Of a DNA stretch of 64,000 bases, positions 41,220 through 53,761 are shown in pieces. The notes below the pieces were generated by a model. The model was not told where the DNA came from. It was given only the letters and a program-made list of their open reading frames with translations, and did not search any database. Both the position numbers and the translations under genes were made by a program. This stretch comes from Planctomycetota bacterium. GTDB taxonomy: Bacteria > Planctomycetota > UBA8108 > SXIK01. Location of the stretch: positions 2,816,001 through 2,880,000 of the forward strand of contig CBDCXR010000004.1 of assembly GCA_965223845.1 (NCBI GenBank), in the 5' to 3' direction. The stretch's first letter is position 1. The number at the start of each line of letters is the position of its first letter.

Positions 41220-41646
41220 GCCGCGAGCCAAAAGCGAGCCTCGTTGGGGTGAATTCGGTCCGGCTCCGCCGGAACGAAGAGGGGGCTTCGCGAAAGCCCC
41301 CTAAAAAAAACTCCACCCAACCCGAGCCCACCGGCCGCGAGCCAAAAGCGAGCCTCGTTGGGGTGAATTCGGTCCGGCCCTGCCGGAACGAAGAGGGGGC
41401 TTCGCGAAAGCCCCCTAAGAAAACTCCACCCAATCCGAGCCCGCCGGCCGCGAGCCAAAGGCGAGCCTCGTTGGGGTGATTTCGGTCCGGCCCTGCCGGA
41501 ACGAAGAGGGGGCTTCGCGAAAGCCCCCTAAGAAAACTCCACCCAATCCGAGCCCGCCGGCCGCGAGCCAAAGGCGAGCCTCGTTGGGGTGAATTCGGTC
41601 TGGCCCTGCCGGAACGAAGAGGGGGCTTCGCGAAAGCCCCCTAAAA
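41220..41646. repeat. Tandem array of ~3.8 near-identical 113-114-bp units with hairpins (REP/BIME-like)
   Basis: Unit starts at 41220, 41334, 41447 and 41560. Each has AGGGGGCTT-CGCGA-AAGCCCCCT. Confidence 0.93.
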
Positions 41647-41650
41647 GAAT

Positions 41651-41692
41651 ACATGATTGAAGAAGGGCGCGCCTACGCGCGCCCTTCTTCAA

Positions 41693-41698
<6 letters not shown>
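41651..41698 (-). terminator. Perfect 22-bp-stem hairpin overlapping the pnp stop; likely terminator
   Basis: ACATGATTGAAGAAGGGCGCGC-CTAC-GCGCGCCCTTCTTCAATCATGT, followed by ATTCTTTT on the minus strand. Confidence 0.75.
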
Positions 41699-43807
<2,109 letters not shown>

Positions 43808-44163
43808 TCCTTGTCTTTCCGAGACCAGCGTCGGTCTCGCTTCAGCGCCCTTCGAGGCGCCTCGTCTTCTACGGAGTGATTGGTCTCCTCTTTCGAGCGC
43901 GTTCCCCGCCGAGACTTCGGCGGTCCCACTCGAATTCTTCTTTCCGGACGTCACTCCGCGTCGCGGGATCTGATTCGACCGACTCCGGTCGAGCGACTCC
44001 TGCGACTTGAACCTCTCGGTCTCTCTCTTCGAAGGCGAGAGACCACCTCTTCGCCGTCAAGCCAACGTCGGGACGGCGAACCTCGAATGGGTCCTCCTCT
44101 TTCCTCTTCCCTTCGATTCGACTCACTGCCCGCCCCGGGCGAGTCGGCCGGATCGCAACACCC

Positions 44164-44433
44164 CTAGCGGCGGAGACCGAGTGATGCGATCAGCGCCTGG
44201 TACCGGTCGTAATCTTTTCGCGACAGATACTTGAGCAGCTTTGCGCGTCGGCCGACGAGCAGTCGGAGGCCGCGTCGCGACGCGTGGTCCTTCTTGTTCG
44301 CCTTCAGATGCTCAGTGATGTTGCGAATCCGCGCGCTGAGGAGCGCGACCTGGACTTCCGGAGAACCCGTGTCTCCGGTCTTTCGTTCGTACTTGCCACA
44401 GATCCCTCGCCGATCTTCCGCGGTCACAGCCAT
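44164..44433 (-). CDS. rpsO: 30S ribosomal protein S15
   Basis: [25 protein letters not shown]; 89 aa from ATG 44433; upstream of pnp. Confidence 0.97.
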   Translation of the reverse strand: MAVTAEDRRGICGKYERKTGDTGSPEVQVALLSARIRNITEHLKANKKDHASRRGLRLLVGRRAKLLKYLSRKDYDRYQALIASLGLRR

Positions 44434-44815
44434 CGCTGGCCCTCGCTTTCTTGAAACCCGGCCGTTCCTCGATGGCGTGCGTCGCTTCGCTGGCCACGCC
44501 GAAGCGCGACGCTCGGACGCACGATTCGCTGAATCGTTCCGGAAGACTGGATCGCCAGTCCACTCTGATTCGGATACGCCCAGCCGACGGAGGCACACGT
44601 CTTCGCGTGCGTCCCGAGACTGATGCGGACCCAAGCCAACAACTCCGCGGCGAGAAACGGACGGCGACGCGATTCCTTCTCGCTCGCGCTTCCGCCCACA
44701 CCTCGGAGTTGACACAAGCCGCGTATCCTACCACTGCCCGTGGGACGGGGGAACCACCAAGTCCCCTCGGTAGGCCGAGTTCGGACGCCCTTCGCGCGAC
44801 GGTCCGAAGCGACGA

Positions 44816-45265
44816 TCAAGTGGCATCCGAGCCCGCATCGGGCTCGGCCGCGGTCGCGCCGGCTGCGCGATCGAGGTAGGACTGGAGGAGGATCTGAGCC
44901 GCGACCTTGTCGATGCGCTCGGCGCGCTGGTGAAACGAGAATCCCGCCTCTCGGAGTAGATCCTCCGCCTGAACCGTCGTCAGACGCTCATCGTAGGTAT
45001 CGACCGGGAGCTCGAGCGACCTTGCGAGACGGTCACGGAAAGCGAGGACTTCCTTCGCCTTACGTCCGACGCTGCCGTCCATATTGAGCGGGAGCCCCAC
45101 GACGACCCGATCGACCTCTTCAGTCTCGATGAGGCGATCGAGCTCTCGGCGAAGCGCCGCTTCTCCGTGGAGGACCGCGACCGGCGAGGCGAGCGTCCGT
45201 CCGGTGTCACTGAGCGCGAGCCCGAAGCGTTTCGTACCGTAGTCGATTCCGATAACGCGCCCCAC
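44816..45265 (-). CDS. yqgF: YqgF/RuvX pre-16S rRNA nuclease
   Basis: GIDYGTKRFGLA, VGLPLNMDG, DERLTT, IDKVAAQILLQ. Confidence 0.93.
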   Translation of the reverse strand: MGRVIGIDYGTKRFGLALSDTGRTLASPVAVLHGEAALRRELDRLIETEEVDRVVVGLPLNMDGSVGRKAKEVLAFRDRLARSLELPVDTYDERLTTVQAEDLLREAGFSFHQRAERIDKVAAQILLQSYLDRAAGATAAEPDAGSDAT

Positions 45266-45266
45266 T

Positions 45267-46097
45267 TCAGGCCCCGCGCGCGATCATCGCCTCGATCGAC
45301 GCGTTTTCCTTCGCGTTCGGATAGCTCGCCCGCGCCGCTTCGAGCACCGATCGAGCGAAATCCGCGCGCCCGGACCGCAGGTACGCCTCCGCCCGCCGTA
45401 CGAACCGCAGGCGGTCCTCCGCCGGCGAAAACTCGAGCTCATCGATCTCCGCCAAGTACTCGAGCACGTCCTCCGGCTCGACGAAGCGCGGGAGCTTTCG
45501 CAGGTAGAGATCCTTGAGGTAGCGCGCCGCTTGGTCGAAGTAGTGCCGGCGGTGGCGCCGACCGCGCTCGGCGAAATAGAACTCGCGAAAGCGCAGCGCG
45601 GCTTCGCGAAACTGCTTCCGCTCGAGATGGTGCTCGCCGAGGAGGAAGAGGCAGTCGAGATAGTCCTTCCGGTCGAGAGACTCGGCCAGGAATCGACGCC
45701 CCCAGCGGAGCTCCATCTCCCAGAGAATCTCCACCGCCTTTTCGGGTTCGCAGTGAGTCAAGTGGTGAAGGATGAGGAGCGCGCGCGCCTCGGGGTCGGT
45801 CTTGTAGAAGAAGAAGGGACGAGAGCGCTTCACCGGCGGTGGCCGCACCGCGCGCCGGTACGCCCGAAACGCGTGATCGAATTCCGCACGTCGGGTCGGG
45901 TCGCCGATCGCCTCGTACGCCTCGACGACCTCGCGCATCCGCCGCTCAGACCACTCGCGCCGCTCGGGATTCTTGTCCGGATGCGTCGCCATGACCTGCC
46001 GCTTGAACGCCGAGCGGATCTGCTCGGCGCTCGAGTCGGGCGAGACGTCGAGCACCTCGTAGTAGTTGATTACCTTGCGGGGCTTGATCGTGCGCAT
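45267..46097 (-). CDS. J-domain protein with helical/TPR-like C-terminus
   Basis: NYYEVLDV, HPDKN, EAYE...D...RAEFD. Confidence 0.85.
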   Translation of the reverse strand: MRTIKPRKVINYYEVLDVSPDSSAEQIRSAFKRQVMATHPDKNPERREWSERRMREVVEAYEAIGDPTRRAEFDHAFRAYRRAVRPPPVKRSRPFFFYKTDPEARALLILHHLTHCEPEKAVEILWEMELRWGRRFLAESLDRKDYLDCLFLLGEHHLERKQFREAALRFREFYFAERGRRHRRHYFDQAARYLKDLYLRKLPRFVEPEDVLEYLAEIDELEFSPAEDRLRFVRRAEAYLRSGRADFARSVLEAARASYPNAKENASIEAMIARGA

Positions 46098-46132
46098 GGT
46101 CTCATGGGCGTCGAATGCAGTTCCGCAGACGA

Positions 46133-46582
46133 CTACAGTTTTCTCTCACTGTCGAGGAGGAGGGTCACCGGTCCGTCATTCTCGAGCTCGACCTGCATGT
46201 TCGCCCTGAACCGACCCTCCGCCGGCGGGAAGCCCAACTCCGCTAGACGCTCCGCAAACGAGCGGTAGAGCGCCTCCGCCGGGCCTGGATCTCCGGCACG
46301 ATCAAAGCTCGGCCGCCGCCCGCGACGGCAGTCGCCGTAGAGAGTGAACTGCGACACGAGAAGAATCGCGCCGCCGGCCTCTCGCAGGTCGACGTTCATC
46401 GAGCGATCGCCGTCCGGGAAGACTCGGAGCCCAACGATCTTGTCGGCCAGATAGCGAACGTCCTCGGCCCCGTCCTCACGGGCGACGCCGAGAAAGACGA
46501 CGAGTCCCCGCTCGATTTCCCCGCAGATCTCGCCGCCGACGCGGACCGCCGCTCGACGGACCCTCTGGACTACGGCTCGCAC
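46133..46582 (-). CDS. dtd: D-aminoacyl-tRNA deacylase
   Basis: RAVVQRV, SQFTL, RRPSF, NDGPVT. Confidence 0.95.
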   Translation of the reverse strand: MRAVVQRVRRAAVRVGGEICGEIERGLVVFLGVAREDGAEDVRYLADKIVGLRVFPDGDRSMNVDLREAGGAILLVSQFTLYGDCRRGRRPSFDRAGDPGPAEALYRSFAERLAELGFPPAEGRFRANMQVELENDGPVTLLLDSERKL

Positions 46583-46720
46583 GGCGAGACTCTCATCGGC
46601 ATCCGGACGAAACCGGTAGTCTACCATCGGACCGACGCGGAGAGGGAGAACGATCTCTCAGCTCTCGCCGAAGCCCAAACCGCACCTTCGGCGCGCTCCG
46701 AAGGGACGCACGCAGCAGGG

Positions 46721-48706
46721 TCAACTCACCGTCGAGGTGCGACTGCGGGACCGGGAACGCTCGGCGATCGAGTCGGCCGGCTCGGCGTGGACGGTCGACT
46801 TCGATGCCACTCCGTTCGCCGCCAGCGCCGCCGCCGTCTGAACGACCTTCTCGACGGTGAGACCGCAGTCGGCGAGAAGGCGATCACGGGAACCGATCCC
46901 CTGGAAGGAGTCCGGCACACCGAAGCGGGCGACGCGGGAGAAGGAGAGCCCCTCGTCGACGATGGCCTCGAGGACGGCGCTGCCGAATCCGCCGCTGAGC
47001 GCATGCTCCTCGAGCGTGACCAGGCTGTGGTGGCGCTCCGCCAGAGCATGGAGGAGGCCGGTGTCGAAGGGCTTCGCGAAGCGCGCGTTGACAACGGTGA
47101 CGTCGCGGCCCTCCCGCCGAAGCTCGTCGCTCGCCGAGAAGGCGAGCTCGACCATCGCACCGTAAGCGATGAGGGCGACCCCCTGCCCCTCGACCATGAC
47201 CTCTGCCTTCCCGAGCTCGAGCGGTGAGGCCGTCACGGACGGGAAGGACGGGACGGCCGCCTTCGGGTATCGGATCGCGACCACTCGATTCGTCTGCTCG
47301 AGTCCGAGCTGGAACATACGGACGAACTCCTCACCGTCGCGAGGAGCCATCAGAATGCAGTTCGGAATGCACCGCATGTAGGCGATGTCGAAGACTCCGT
47401 GGTGCGTCCATCCGTCCTCGACGAGCCCGCCGCGGTCGAGGCAGAGAAGAACCGTATTTTCCTGGATGCAGAGGTCGTGCACGAACTGATCGTAAGCGCG
47501 CTGGCAGAAGGTCGAATAGACGCCGAAGACGGGCTTTAGGCCGCCGAAGGCCATTCCCGAAGACACCGCCATGCCGTGCTGCTCAGCGATCCCGACATCG
47601 AAGTAGCGATCCGGAAACTCCTTTCCGAACGCTCCGAGTCCCGTGCCGCCGGGCATGCCGGCGGTGATCGCGACGACGCGTCGATCCTTGCGCGCGGCCT
47701 CGATCACGGTCTCCCTGAAGACGTCCGTGTACATCACCGACTTCGCCTTCGGTTGAGACGGGATCTTCGGGGGCTCGCTGTCACCTTCCGCCCGGGGGAG
47801 GAAGTTCTTCGACGCGTGGTACTTGATCGGATCGTCGGTCGCCGGCTCCCAGCCCTGACCCTTGTTGGTGAGGAGGTGGAGGAGGATCGGCCCGTCCTGA
47901 CTCTTCAGATCACGCAGAATCTCGATCAGCCCGTGGAGATTGTGACCGTCGACGGGCCCGTAGTAATTGAATCCGAGCTCCTGAAAGAGGAGCCCCGGAA
48001 CGAGAGAGTGCTTCATCCCCTCGCGGACGTGCTCGAGCGTCTCTTCCATCTTCTTCCCGACGACGGGAATGCGCGCGAGCAGATCGTGCACCTCTTTCTT
48101 GATCTCGTGGTACTTCGGCTTCGTTCGAATCTTGTTGAAGTATCGCGAGAGCGCCCCCACCGAAACGTCGATCGACATGCGGTTGTCGTTCAGGATGACG
48201 AGGAAATCGCGCCCGATTTCCCCCGCGTGATTCAGCCCTTCGATCGCCATCCCGGCGGCGATCGCCGCGTCCCCGACCACTGCGATCGTTTTCGTGCTTC
48301 GGCCGTGGAGGTGATCGGCGACCGAAACGCCGAGCGCGAGCGAGACCGCCGTGCCGGCGTGCCCGGCGTCGAAGAGATCGAAGACGCTCTCCCGCTTGTT
48401 GCAGAAACCGCTGATTCCGCCGTACTTGCGGATCGAGTCGAAGCGGTCCTTGCGGCCGGTGACGAGCTTGTGCGGATACGTCTGGTGGCTGACATCCCAG
48501 ACGAGCCGATCGCGCGGAAAGTCGAAGACACGATGGAGCGCTAGCGTCAGCTCGACCGTGCCCAGATTGGAAGCGAGGTGCCCCCCATTGGCGTTGACCA
48601 CTTCGATGATGCGCTGGCGAATCTCACCGCCGAGCTGCTCGAGCTCCTCGACGCTGAGCGTCTGGAGATCGTGCGGGTGGTCGACCCGGGAAAGGACGTC
48701 CGACAT
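46721..48706 (-). CDS. dxs: 1-deoxy-D-xylulose-5-phosphate synthase
   Basis: GGHLASNLG, DVSHQTYPHK, DVGIAEQH, RAYDQ, IRYP. Confidence 0.97.
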   Translation of the reverse strand: MSDVLSRVDHPHDLQTLSVEELEQLGGEIRQRIIEVVNANGGHLASNLGTVELTLALHRVFDFPRDRLVWDVSHQTYPHKLVTGRKDRFDSIRKYGGISGFCNKRESVFDLFDAGHAGTAVSLALGVSVADHLHGRSTKTIAVVGDAAIAAGMAIEGLNHAGEIGRDFLVILNDNRMSIDVSVGALSRYFNKIRTKPKYHEIKKEVHDLLARIPVVGKKMEETLEHVREGMKHSLVPGLLFQELGFNYYGPVDGHNLHGLIEILRDLKSQDGPILLHLLTNKGQGWEPATDDPIKYHASKNFLPRAEGDSEPPKIPSQPKAKSVMYTDVFRETVIEAARKDRRVVAITAGMPGGTGLGAFGKEFPDRYFDVGIAEQHGMAVSSGMAFGGLKPVFGVYSTFCQRAYDQFVHDLCIQENTVLLCLDRGGLVEDGWTHHGVFDIAYMRCIPNCILMAPRDGEEFVRMFQLGLEQTNRVVAIRYPKAAVPSFPSVTASPLELGKAEVMVEGQGVALIAYGAMVELAFSASDELRREGRDVTVVNARFAKPFDTGLLHALAERHHSLVTLEEHALSGGFGSAVLEAIVDEGLSFSRVARFGVPDSFQGIGSRDRLLADCGLTVEKVVQTAAALAANGVASKSTVHAEPADSIAERSRSRSRTSTVS

Positions 48707-49291
48707 GAATGGCTCCTCTTGGAGTCCGTTGAACTCGCGCTTCGAATCGAGAAGGTCGGCCTTACGTCGATCCGCGCGCCGCCGGCGGCGGTCGCCGCTC
48801 GGGCGCACCGCGAGAGACGGCGTCGATTCGACCGAAAGTGGCCAGCGATCTCGACAAGACGACGTGTTCCAACGGGCTGTTCGGCGCCCAGCCCCCGGGG
48901 CTTTCTCTACTGACGGGATCGGTCAGGCCGCAGCAGGCCCTCCGCGCGGGGGGAGGCGCCCGATCCGGTGCTCGCGTCGCAGGGTGCGGCGATGAAGCGT
49001 ACTCTGCGGTGAACGGTTCGCGCGCGCGTCAGCGCCAAGTGGGTATCGGGCGCCGGGGCCGAGCGGCCTCGGGAGCGCCTCTCCGCGCGTCGACTCCGCT
49101 CGATGCTCGTCGTTCCTGACCGAAGCGAAGGGGATATTAATAGCGAGAGCGGCGGGGAGAGGACAGGAAAAACCGCGCGGTCGAGGGTGGACTTCACCCA
49201 TCGACGGGAGGCTCGATGTTAGCCTTGATTTCTCACCGGAAGCGGCGAGCGAACCCCGGGACAGAGACGCGGAATCGCGGGCGAGCGACCG

Positions 49292-49675
49292 CTACGCGGG
49301 TGGAGCGGCGTCCTCGCCCGAGTCGGCGTCCTCGTCGACTCGCCGAAGGAGCTCGGCGAGGGGCCCGGCCGCTTCGGCAGCGCGCCACGGCCGGCTCCCG
49401 TCGCCGTCCGCGTCGGTCGCGTCCGCCCCGCTCAGCACCTCGAGCCTCCGCTCGGCGTCCTGGAGGATCCGATAACATTCGCTGAGCGCCTTCGCCCCTT
49501 GCTGGTATTCGTCGAGGCTCTGCTCGAGAGACAGCTCACCGCGCTCGAGACGATCGGCCGCGCGCTCGGCCGTCGCGAACGCGTCTTCGAACGACAGAGA
49601 GTCCCCGGCACTTCCGTCATCGTCCGAGGGAGAGGGCTCCGACTCGGGTTTCGGTTTTCGGCTGCGGGGACTCAT
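49292..49675 (-). CDS. xseB: Exodeoxyribonuclease VII small subunit
   Basis: SFEDA...LERGELSLEQSL..YQQG...C...L..AE; downstream of xseA. Confidence 0.88.
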   Translation of the reverse strand: MSPRSRKPKPESEPSPSDDDGSAGDSLSFEDAFATAERAADRLERGELSLEQSLDEYQQGAKALSECYRILQDAERRLEVLSGADATDADGDGSRPWRAAEAAGPLAELLRRVDEDADSGEDAAPPA

Positions 49676-49716
49676 GCGGAATCGTCTCTCCGGAGGAATC
49701 GAACCTCACGCAGGCG

Positions 49717-51048
49717 TCACTCGGTGTCTCCCGCGCCGGAGCGGTCCGGCGCATCGACCCGAGCCCCGAAGCGACCGCGGGCGACGACGATCTCGATGCG
49801 CTCGCCCGGAGTGACCTGAGCGGGATCGCGAATCGCAGATCGTCCGTCCGCCCCCTCCGCACCGTCCGCGAGCGCGATGGCGTAGCCGCGCGCGAGAACT
49901 CGGAGCGGACTGAGCGCCTCGAGGCGACCAGCGAGCCCGAGGACGGCATCTTGGCCGCGGTCGAGACGCGAGTAAAGACGATTTCGAAGCGCGAGGACGG
50001 CATCGTCGACGCGCGCCCGGCGCTCTTCGATAGCGACCGCCGGCTCCGTGAGCGGTCGCCGCCGCGCCAGGACTTCAAGACGCTCGCCCGCCCGCCGCAG
50101 CGCAGATCGCGTCGCGCGGGTAACGCGTCGTGCGAGCCCCCCGAGGCCGTCGAGGAGATCATCGACGGGGGGAACGACGAGCTCGGCCGCGTGGGTCGGC
50201 GTCTGCGCTCTCGCATCCGCGACGAAATCGGCGATCGTGAAGTCGACCTCGTGTCCGATCGCCGACACGACCGGCACGGCCGCGTCGGCGATCGCGCGTG
50301 CGACCGCTTCCTCGTTGAACGACCATAGATCCTCGAGGCTGCCGCCGCCGCGGGTGAGCACGATGACGTCGACCTCCCCGGTGCGCTCGAGCTCGGCGAG
50401 AGCGCGGACGATCTCTTCGTCGGCGCCGTCCCCTTGGACGCGGACGGGGATCATGCGGACGTGCGCCGACGGGAATCGACGGAACAAGATGCGCAAGAAA
50501 TCCTGCACCGCCGCACCGCGCGGCGAGGTGATCAATCCGATGCGAAGCGGAAGAAACGGCAGCGGGCGCTTTCGCGCGGCGGCGAAGAGCCCCTCGTCGC
50601 GCAGTCGCTCCTTCAGTGCCTCGAACCTTCGCTGCAGATCGCCGACGCCGACCGGGTCGAGACCGTCGACGATGAGCTGGTACGTCCCCCGCGGCTCGTA
50701 GACGGCGATGCGGCCGGAGAGGACGACGCGCTCTCCGTTTTGTGGCGGGTGGCGAAGTCTCGCAGCAGAAGATCGCCAGACCACACACGGAAGCTGCGCC
50801 GACGAGTGCCGCGAACCCGATGCCGCCGCCGCATCGTCGACGAGCGAGAAGTAGAAGTGTCCGGACTGCGGGCGGCTGACGTTCGAGACCTCCCCCTCGA
50901 CGCGAAGGCGCGGGAAGGACGACTCGAGGAGCTCGCGGATGGCGGCCGCCACCTCCGCAACGCGATAGATCGCCAAGCCGTCGTCCGGCGCCGGCGCGCC
51001 GCTCCCGGCTCGCGGCGGAGGTTCGAAGGAGAACTCGGACTGCTTCAT
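49717..51048 (-). CDS. xseA: Exodeoxyribonuclease VII large subunit
   Basis: GEVSN, SGHFYFSL, RGGGSLEDLWSFNEE, GHEVD, TPT, LSPL.VLARGY. Confidence 0.96.
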   Translation of the reverse strand: MKQSEFSFEPPPRAGSGAPAPDDGLAIYRVAEVAAAIRELLESSFPRLRVEGEVSNVSRPQSGHFYFSLVDDAAAASGSRHSSAQLPCVVWRSSAARLRHPPQNGERVVLSGRIAVYEPRGTYQLIVDGLDPVGVGDLQRRFEALKERLRDEGLFAAARKRPLPFLPLRIGLITSPRGAAVQDFLRILFRRFPSAHVRMIPVRVQGDGADEEIVRALAELERTGEVDVIVLTRGGGSLEDLWSFNEEAVARAIADAAVPVVSAIGHEVDFTIADFVADARAQTPTHAAELVVPPVDDLLDGLGGLARRVTRATRSALRRAGERLEVLARRRPLTEPAVAIEERRARVDDAVLALRNRLYSRLDRGQDAVLGLAGRLEALSPLRVLARGYAIALADGAEGADGRSAIRDPAQVTPGERIEIVVARGRFGARVDAPDRSGAGDTE

Positions 51049-51111
51049 GGTCGGTGGCTAGCTTGCGGCGGATCGGAACGCAGCGCGGTGAGCGTCACCG
51101 CCGCGGCACAC

Positions 51112-51921
51112 TCAACTCGCGGCGCCTCCGCGCGACTCCTGCGGCAGCTCCACGCGCTCGATGCTTTGGGCCTTTCCGGTCGCCGAATCGACTTCGACCA
51201 GAGCGCCGCACAATCGGACGTCTCCGCTCGCGACGTTGAACGTCGCGTGCATGCTCGTCTCGAACTTGTGGATCACCGCGTCCTTTTCCCGCCCGATGAC
51301 AGAGTCGTACGGGCCGGTCATCCCGATGTCGGTGATGTACGCAGTCCCGCCGGGAAGCACTCGTGCGTCCGCGGTCGGAATGTGGGTGTGCGTACCGAAG
51401 ATCAACGACGCGGCTCCGTCGAACCTCCAGGCGAGGGCGAGCTTTTCGCTCGTCGCCTCGGCGTGGATCTCTACGACGATCACGTCGCACTCGGGCCGCA
51501 GTCGCTCGAGCGCTCGCTCGACGGCTTCGAACGGACAACTCGCCGGCCCCATAAAGATGCGACCGGCGACGGTGACGACGCCGATGCGCGCCCCGCTTCG
51601 CGACGCGAGGACTGTCGATCCACGGCCCGCGGCCTTCGCGGGATAGTTGATGGGCCGGATGAGACGGTCATCCGACTCGAGGACCGGCTTGATCTCCATG
51701 CGGCGCCAGACGTGGTCGCCACAGGTCACGCAGTCGACGCCGGCGCCGACGATCTCCTTGAAAAGGTTTCGCGTGATGCCGCTTCCTTGCGCGGCGTTCT
51801 CCCCGTTCGCGATGATGAAATCGATCGATCGCTCCGCGACGAACGCGGGGAGTCGTTCCTTCAGTACCGTTCGGCCCGGCTTTCCCACAATATCCCCGAC
51901 GACGAGGATGCGGATGATCAC
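51112..51921 (-). CDS. ymdB: YmdB/TIGR00282 metallophosphoesterase
   Basis: GDIVGKPG, NGEN, HAEATSEK, GTHTH, DIGMTGP; follows rny. Confidence 0.93.
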   Translation of the reverse strand: MIIRILVVGDIVGKPGRTVLKERLPAFVAERSIDFIIANGENAAQGSGITRNLFKEIVGAGVDCVTCGDHVWRRMEIKPVLESDDRLIRPINYPAKAAGRGSTVLASRSGARIGVVTVAGRIFMGPASCPFEAVERALERLRPECDVIVVEIHAEATSEKLALAWRFDGAASLIFGTHTHIPTADARVLPGGTAYITDIGMTGPYDSVIGREKDAVIHKFETSMHATFNVASGDVRLCGALVEVDSATGKAQSIERVELPQESRGGAAS

Positions 51922-52043
51922 GCGTAGACCTTTCGAGAAATCGGGCTCAGGGAACGCCGGACCGCGCACGCGACGGCAGGACGGAGCGCGCGAGCCGGAT
52001 TCATGACCGCGACGTCACGGCGACGTGCCCGCCGCCGTCGCCG

Positions 52044-53579
52044 TCAGCGAGCGTACTCCACAACACGAGTTTCGCGCAGCAGAGTCACCTTGATCTCGCC
52101 GGGATACGTAAGCTGGTTCTCGATCTCTTGCGCGATCTCGCGGCAGAGCTTGAGCGCCTTCTTGTCGCTCACCTTCTGCGAGTTGACGAAGACGCGCACC
52201 TCGCGCCCAGCCTGGATCGCGTTTGCCGCCTTGACGCCGGCGAAGCTCGTCACGACGGCCTCGAGCTTCTCAAGTCTCTTGATGTACCGCTCGAGTGTCT
52301 CGCCGCGGGCACCTGGACGCGACCCCGAGATCGAGTCCGCCACCTGAGTCATGACGGCGTAGATGCTCTCCTGCGGCACATCGTTGTGATGGGACGCGAT
52401 CGAGTTGACGACCTCGGCCGGCTCGTCGTAACGGCGGGCGATGTTCGCGCCGATCTCGGGGTGCCCTCCCTCCACTTCGTGGTCGACCGCCTTCCCGATG
52501 TCGTGCATGAGCGCGCAGCGCTTCGCGAGAGCCACGTCGAGCCCCATCTCTCCGGCGAGCATGCCGCAGAGGTGCGCGCACTCGCGCGAGTGGGAGAGCA
52601 CGTTTTGTCCGTAACTCGTTCGAAACTTGAGCCGACCGAGCAGCGTGATCATCTTTGGATGCACCCCGGGAAGATCGAGGTCGTAGACGACCTGCTTCCC
52701 CTCCTGCTGGATGAGCTCGTTCATCTCCTTCTTCGTCTCTTCGACGATTTCCTCGATGCGCGCCGGATGAATTCGTCCGTCCGCGATGAGCTTCTCCATG
52801 GAGCGCCGCGCCATCTCCCGCCGAATGCTGTCGAAACACGAGAGAATGATGACGCCCGGAGTGTCGTCGACGATGACGTCGACCCCGGTCGCCTGCTCGA
52901 AGGCGCGGATATTGCGGCCCTCGCGCCCGATGACCCGGCCCTTCATCTCGTCATTCGGGATTTCGATCGTCGACGTCGTGATTTCCTGGCAGTACCCGGA
53001 CGCAACGCGCTGCATCGTCGTCGCGAGGATATCGCGAGCCCGGGCCTCGGCGGTCTCCTTCACTCGCTCTACCGTCCGCGCGACGAGAGTCTCCTTCTCG
53101 TGCTCGAACTCGCGCTCGAGCTTCTGGAGGAGAAGCCGCTCGGCCTCGTCGCGACTGAGCTCGGTGATGCGAAAGAGGGCCTGCTTCTCCTCGTCGATCG
53201 TGCGCTCGAGCTCCTGCTCGCGCTGCTCGAACAGGTTCGAGCGCTTCTCGAGACTGTTCTCGCGCCGTTCGAGGTCGCTCTCCTTCTGATTGAGGAGGTC
53301 GAATCGCCGGTCGAGATTGTCCTCTTTCCGTTTTAGACGGCGCTCTTGGCCTTCGAACTCGCCCCGACGCTTCTGAAGTTCCTTGTCGGCCTTCGATCGC
53401 GACTCGCCGAGCTCGAGCTCGAGTTGCCGCTGAGCGTCCGAACGAACCTGGTCCGACTCGTCCTTGGCGAGGTCGACGAGATCCTGCGCCGTGCGATTCG
53501 CGCGGCGGTGCTGGAGCACGTACACCCCGAGGGGGAGGAGCCCGACGCCAAATCCGATCAATCCGTACACGAATTCCAT
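52044..53579 (-). CDS. rny: Ribonuclease Y
   Basis: N-terminal TM, coiled coil, KGRVIGREGRNIR (KH), RTSYGQN, HDIGK (HD). Confidence 0.97.
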   Translation of the reverse strand: MEFVYGLIGFGVGLLPLGVYVLQHRRANRTAQDLVDLAKDESDQVRSDAQRQLELELGESRSKADKELQKRRGEFEGQERRLKRKEDNLDRRFDLLNQKESDLERRENSLEKRSNLFEQREQELERTIDEEKQALFRITELSRDEAERLLLQKLEREFEHEKETLVARTVERVKETAEARARDILATTMQRVASGYCQEITTSTIEIPNDEMKGRVIGREGRNIRAFEQATGVDVIVDDTPGVIILSCFDSIRREMARRSMEKLIADGRIHPARIEEIVEETKKEMNELIQQEGKQVVYDLDLPGVHPKMITLLGRLKFRTSYGQNVLSHSRECAHLCGMLAGEMGLDVALAKRCALMHDIGKAVDHEVEGGHPEIGANIARRYDEPAEVVNSIASHHNDVPQESIYAVMTQVADSISGSRPGARGETLERYIKRLEKLEAVVTSFAGVKAANAIQAGREVRVFVNSQKVSDKKALKLCREIAQEIENQLTYPGEIKVTLLRETRVVEYAR

Positions 53580-53761
53580 GATTGCGCACCTCGTCCTCTG
53601 CGCACGGTTTCCGGCCGCCCCGCGGACGCGGAGGCCCACGAGACGCGGTCCGTCTCCGAGGCGAGGGACGCGATGAGCCGAACTCCTGCGATCTCGCAGC
53701 GCTCCCAGTGGGACAAACGCCGCGCTCGCAGCTCAAATTCGAGAGGCGGATCAACGAGTGA

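Noticed and set aside
41220-41646. CRISPR array
   Set aside because: Units are near-identical over their whole 113 bp, with no unique spacers and no cas genes in the window.
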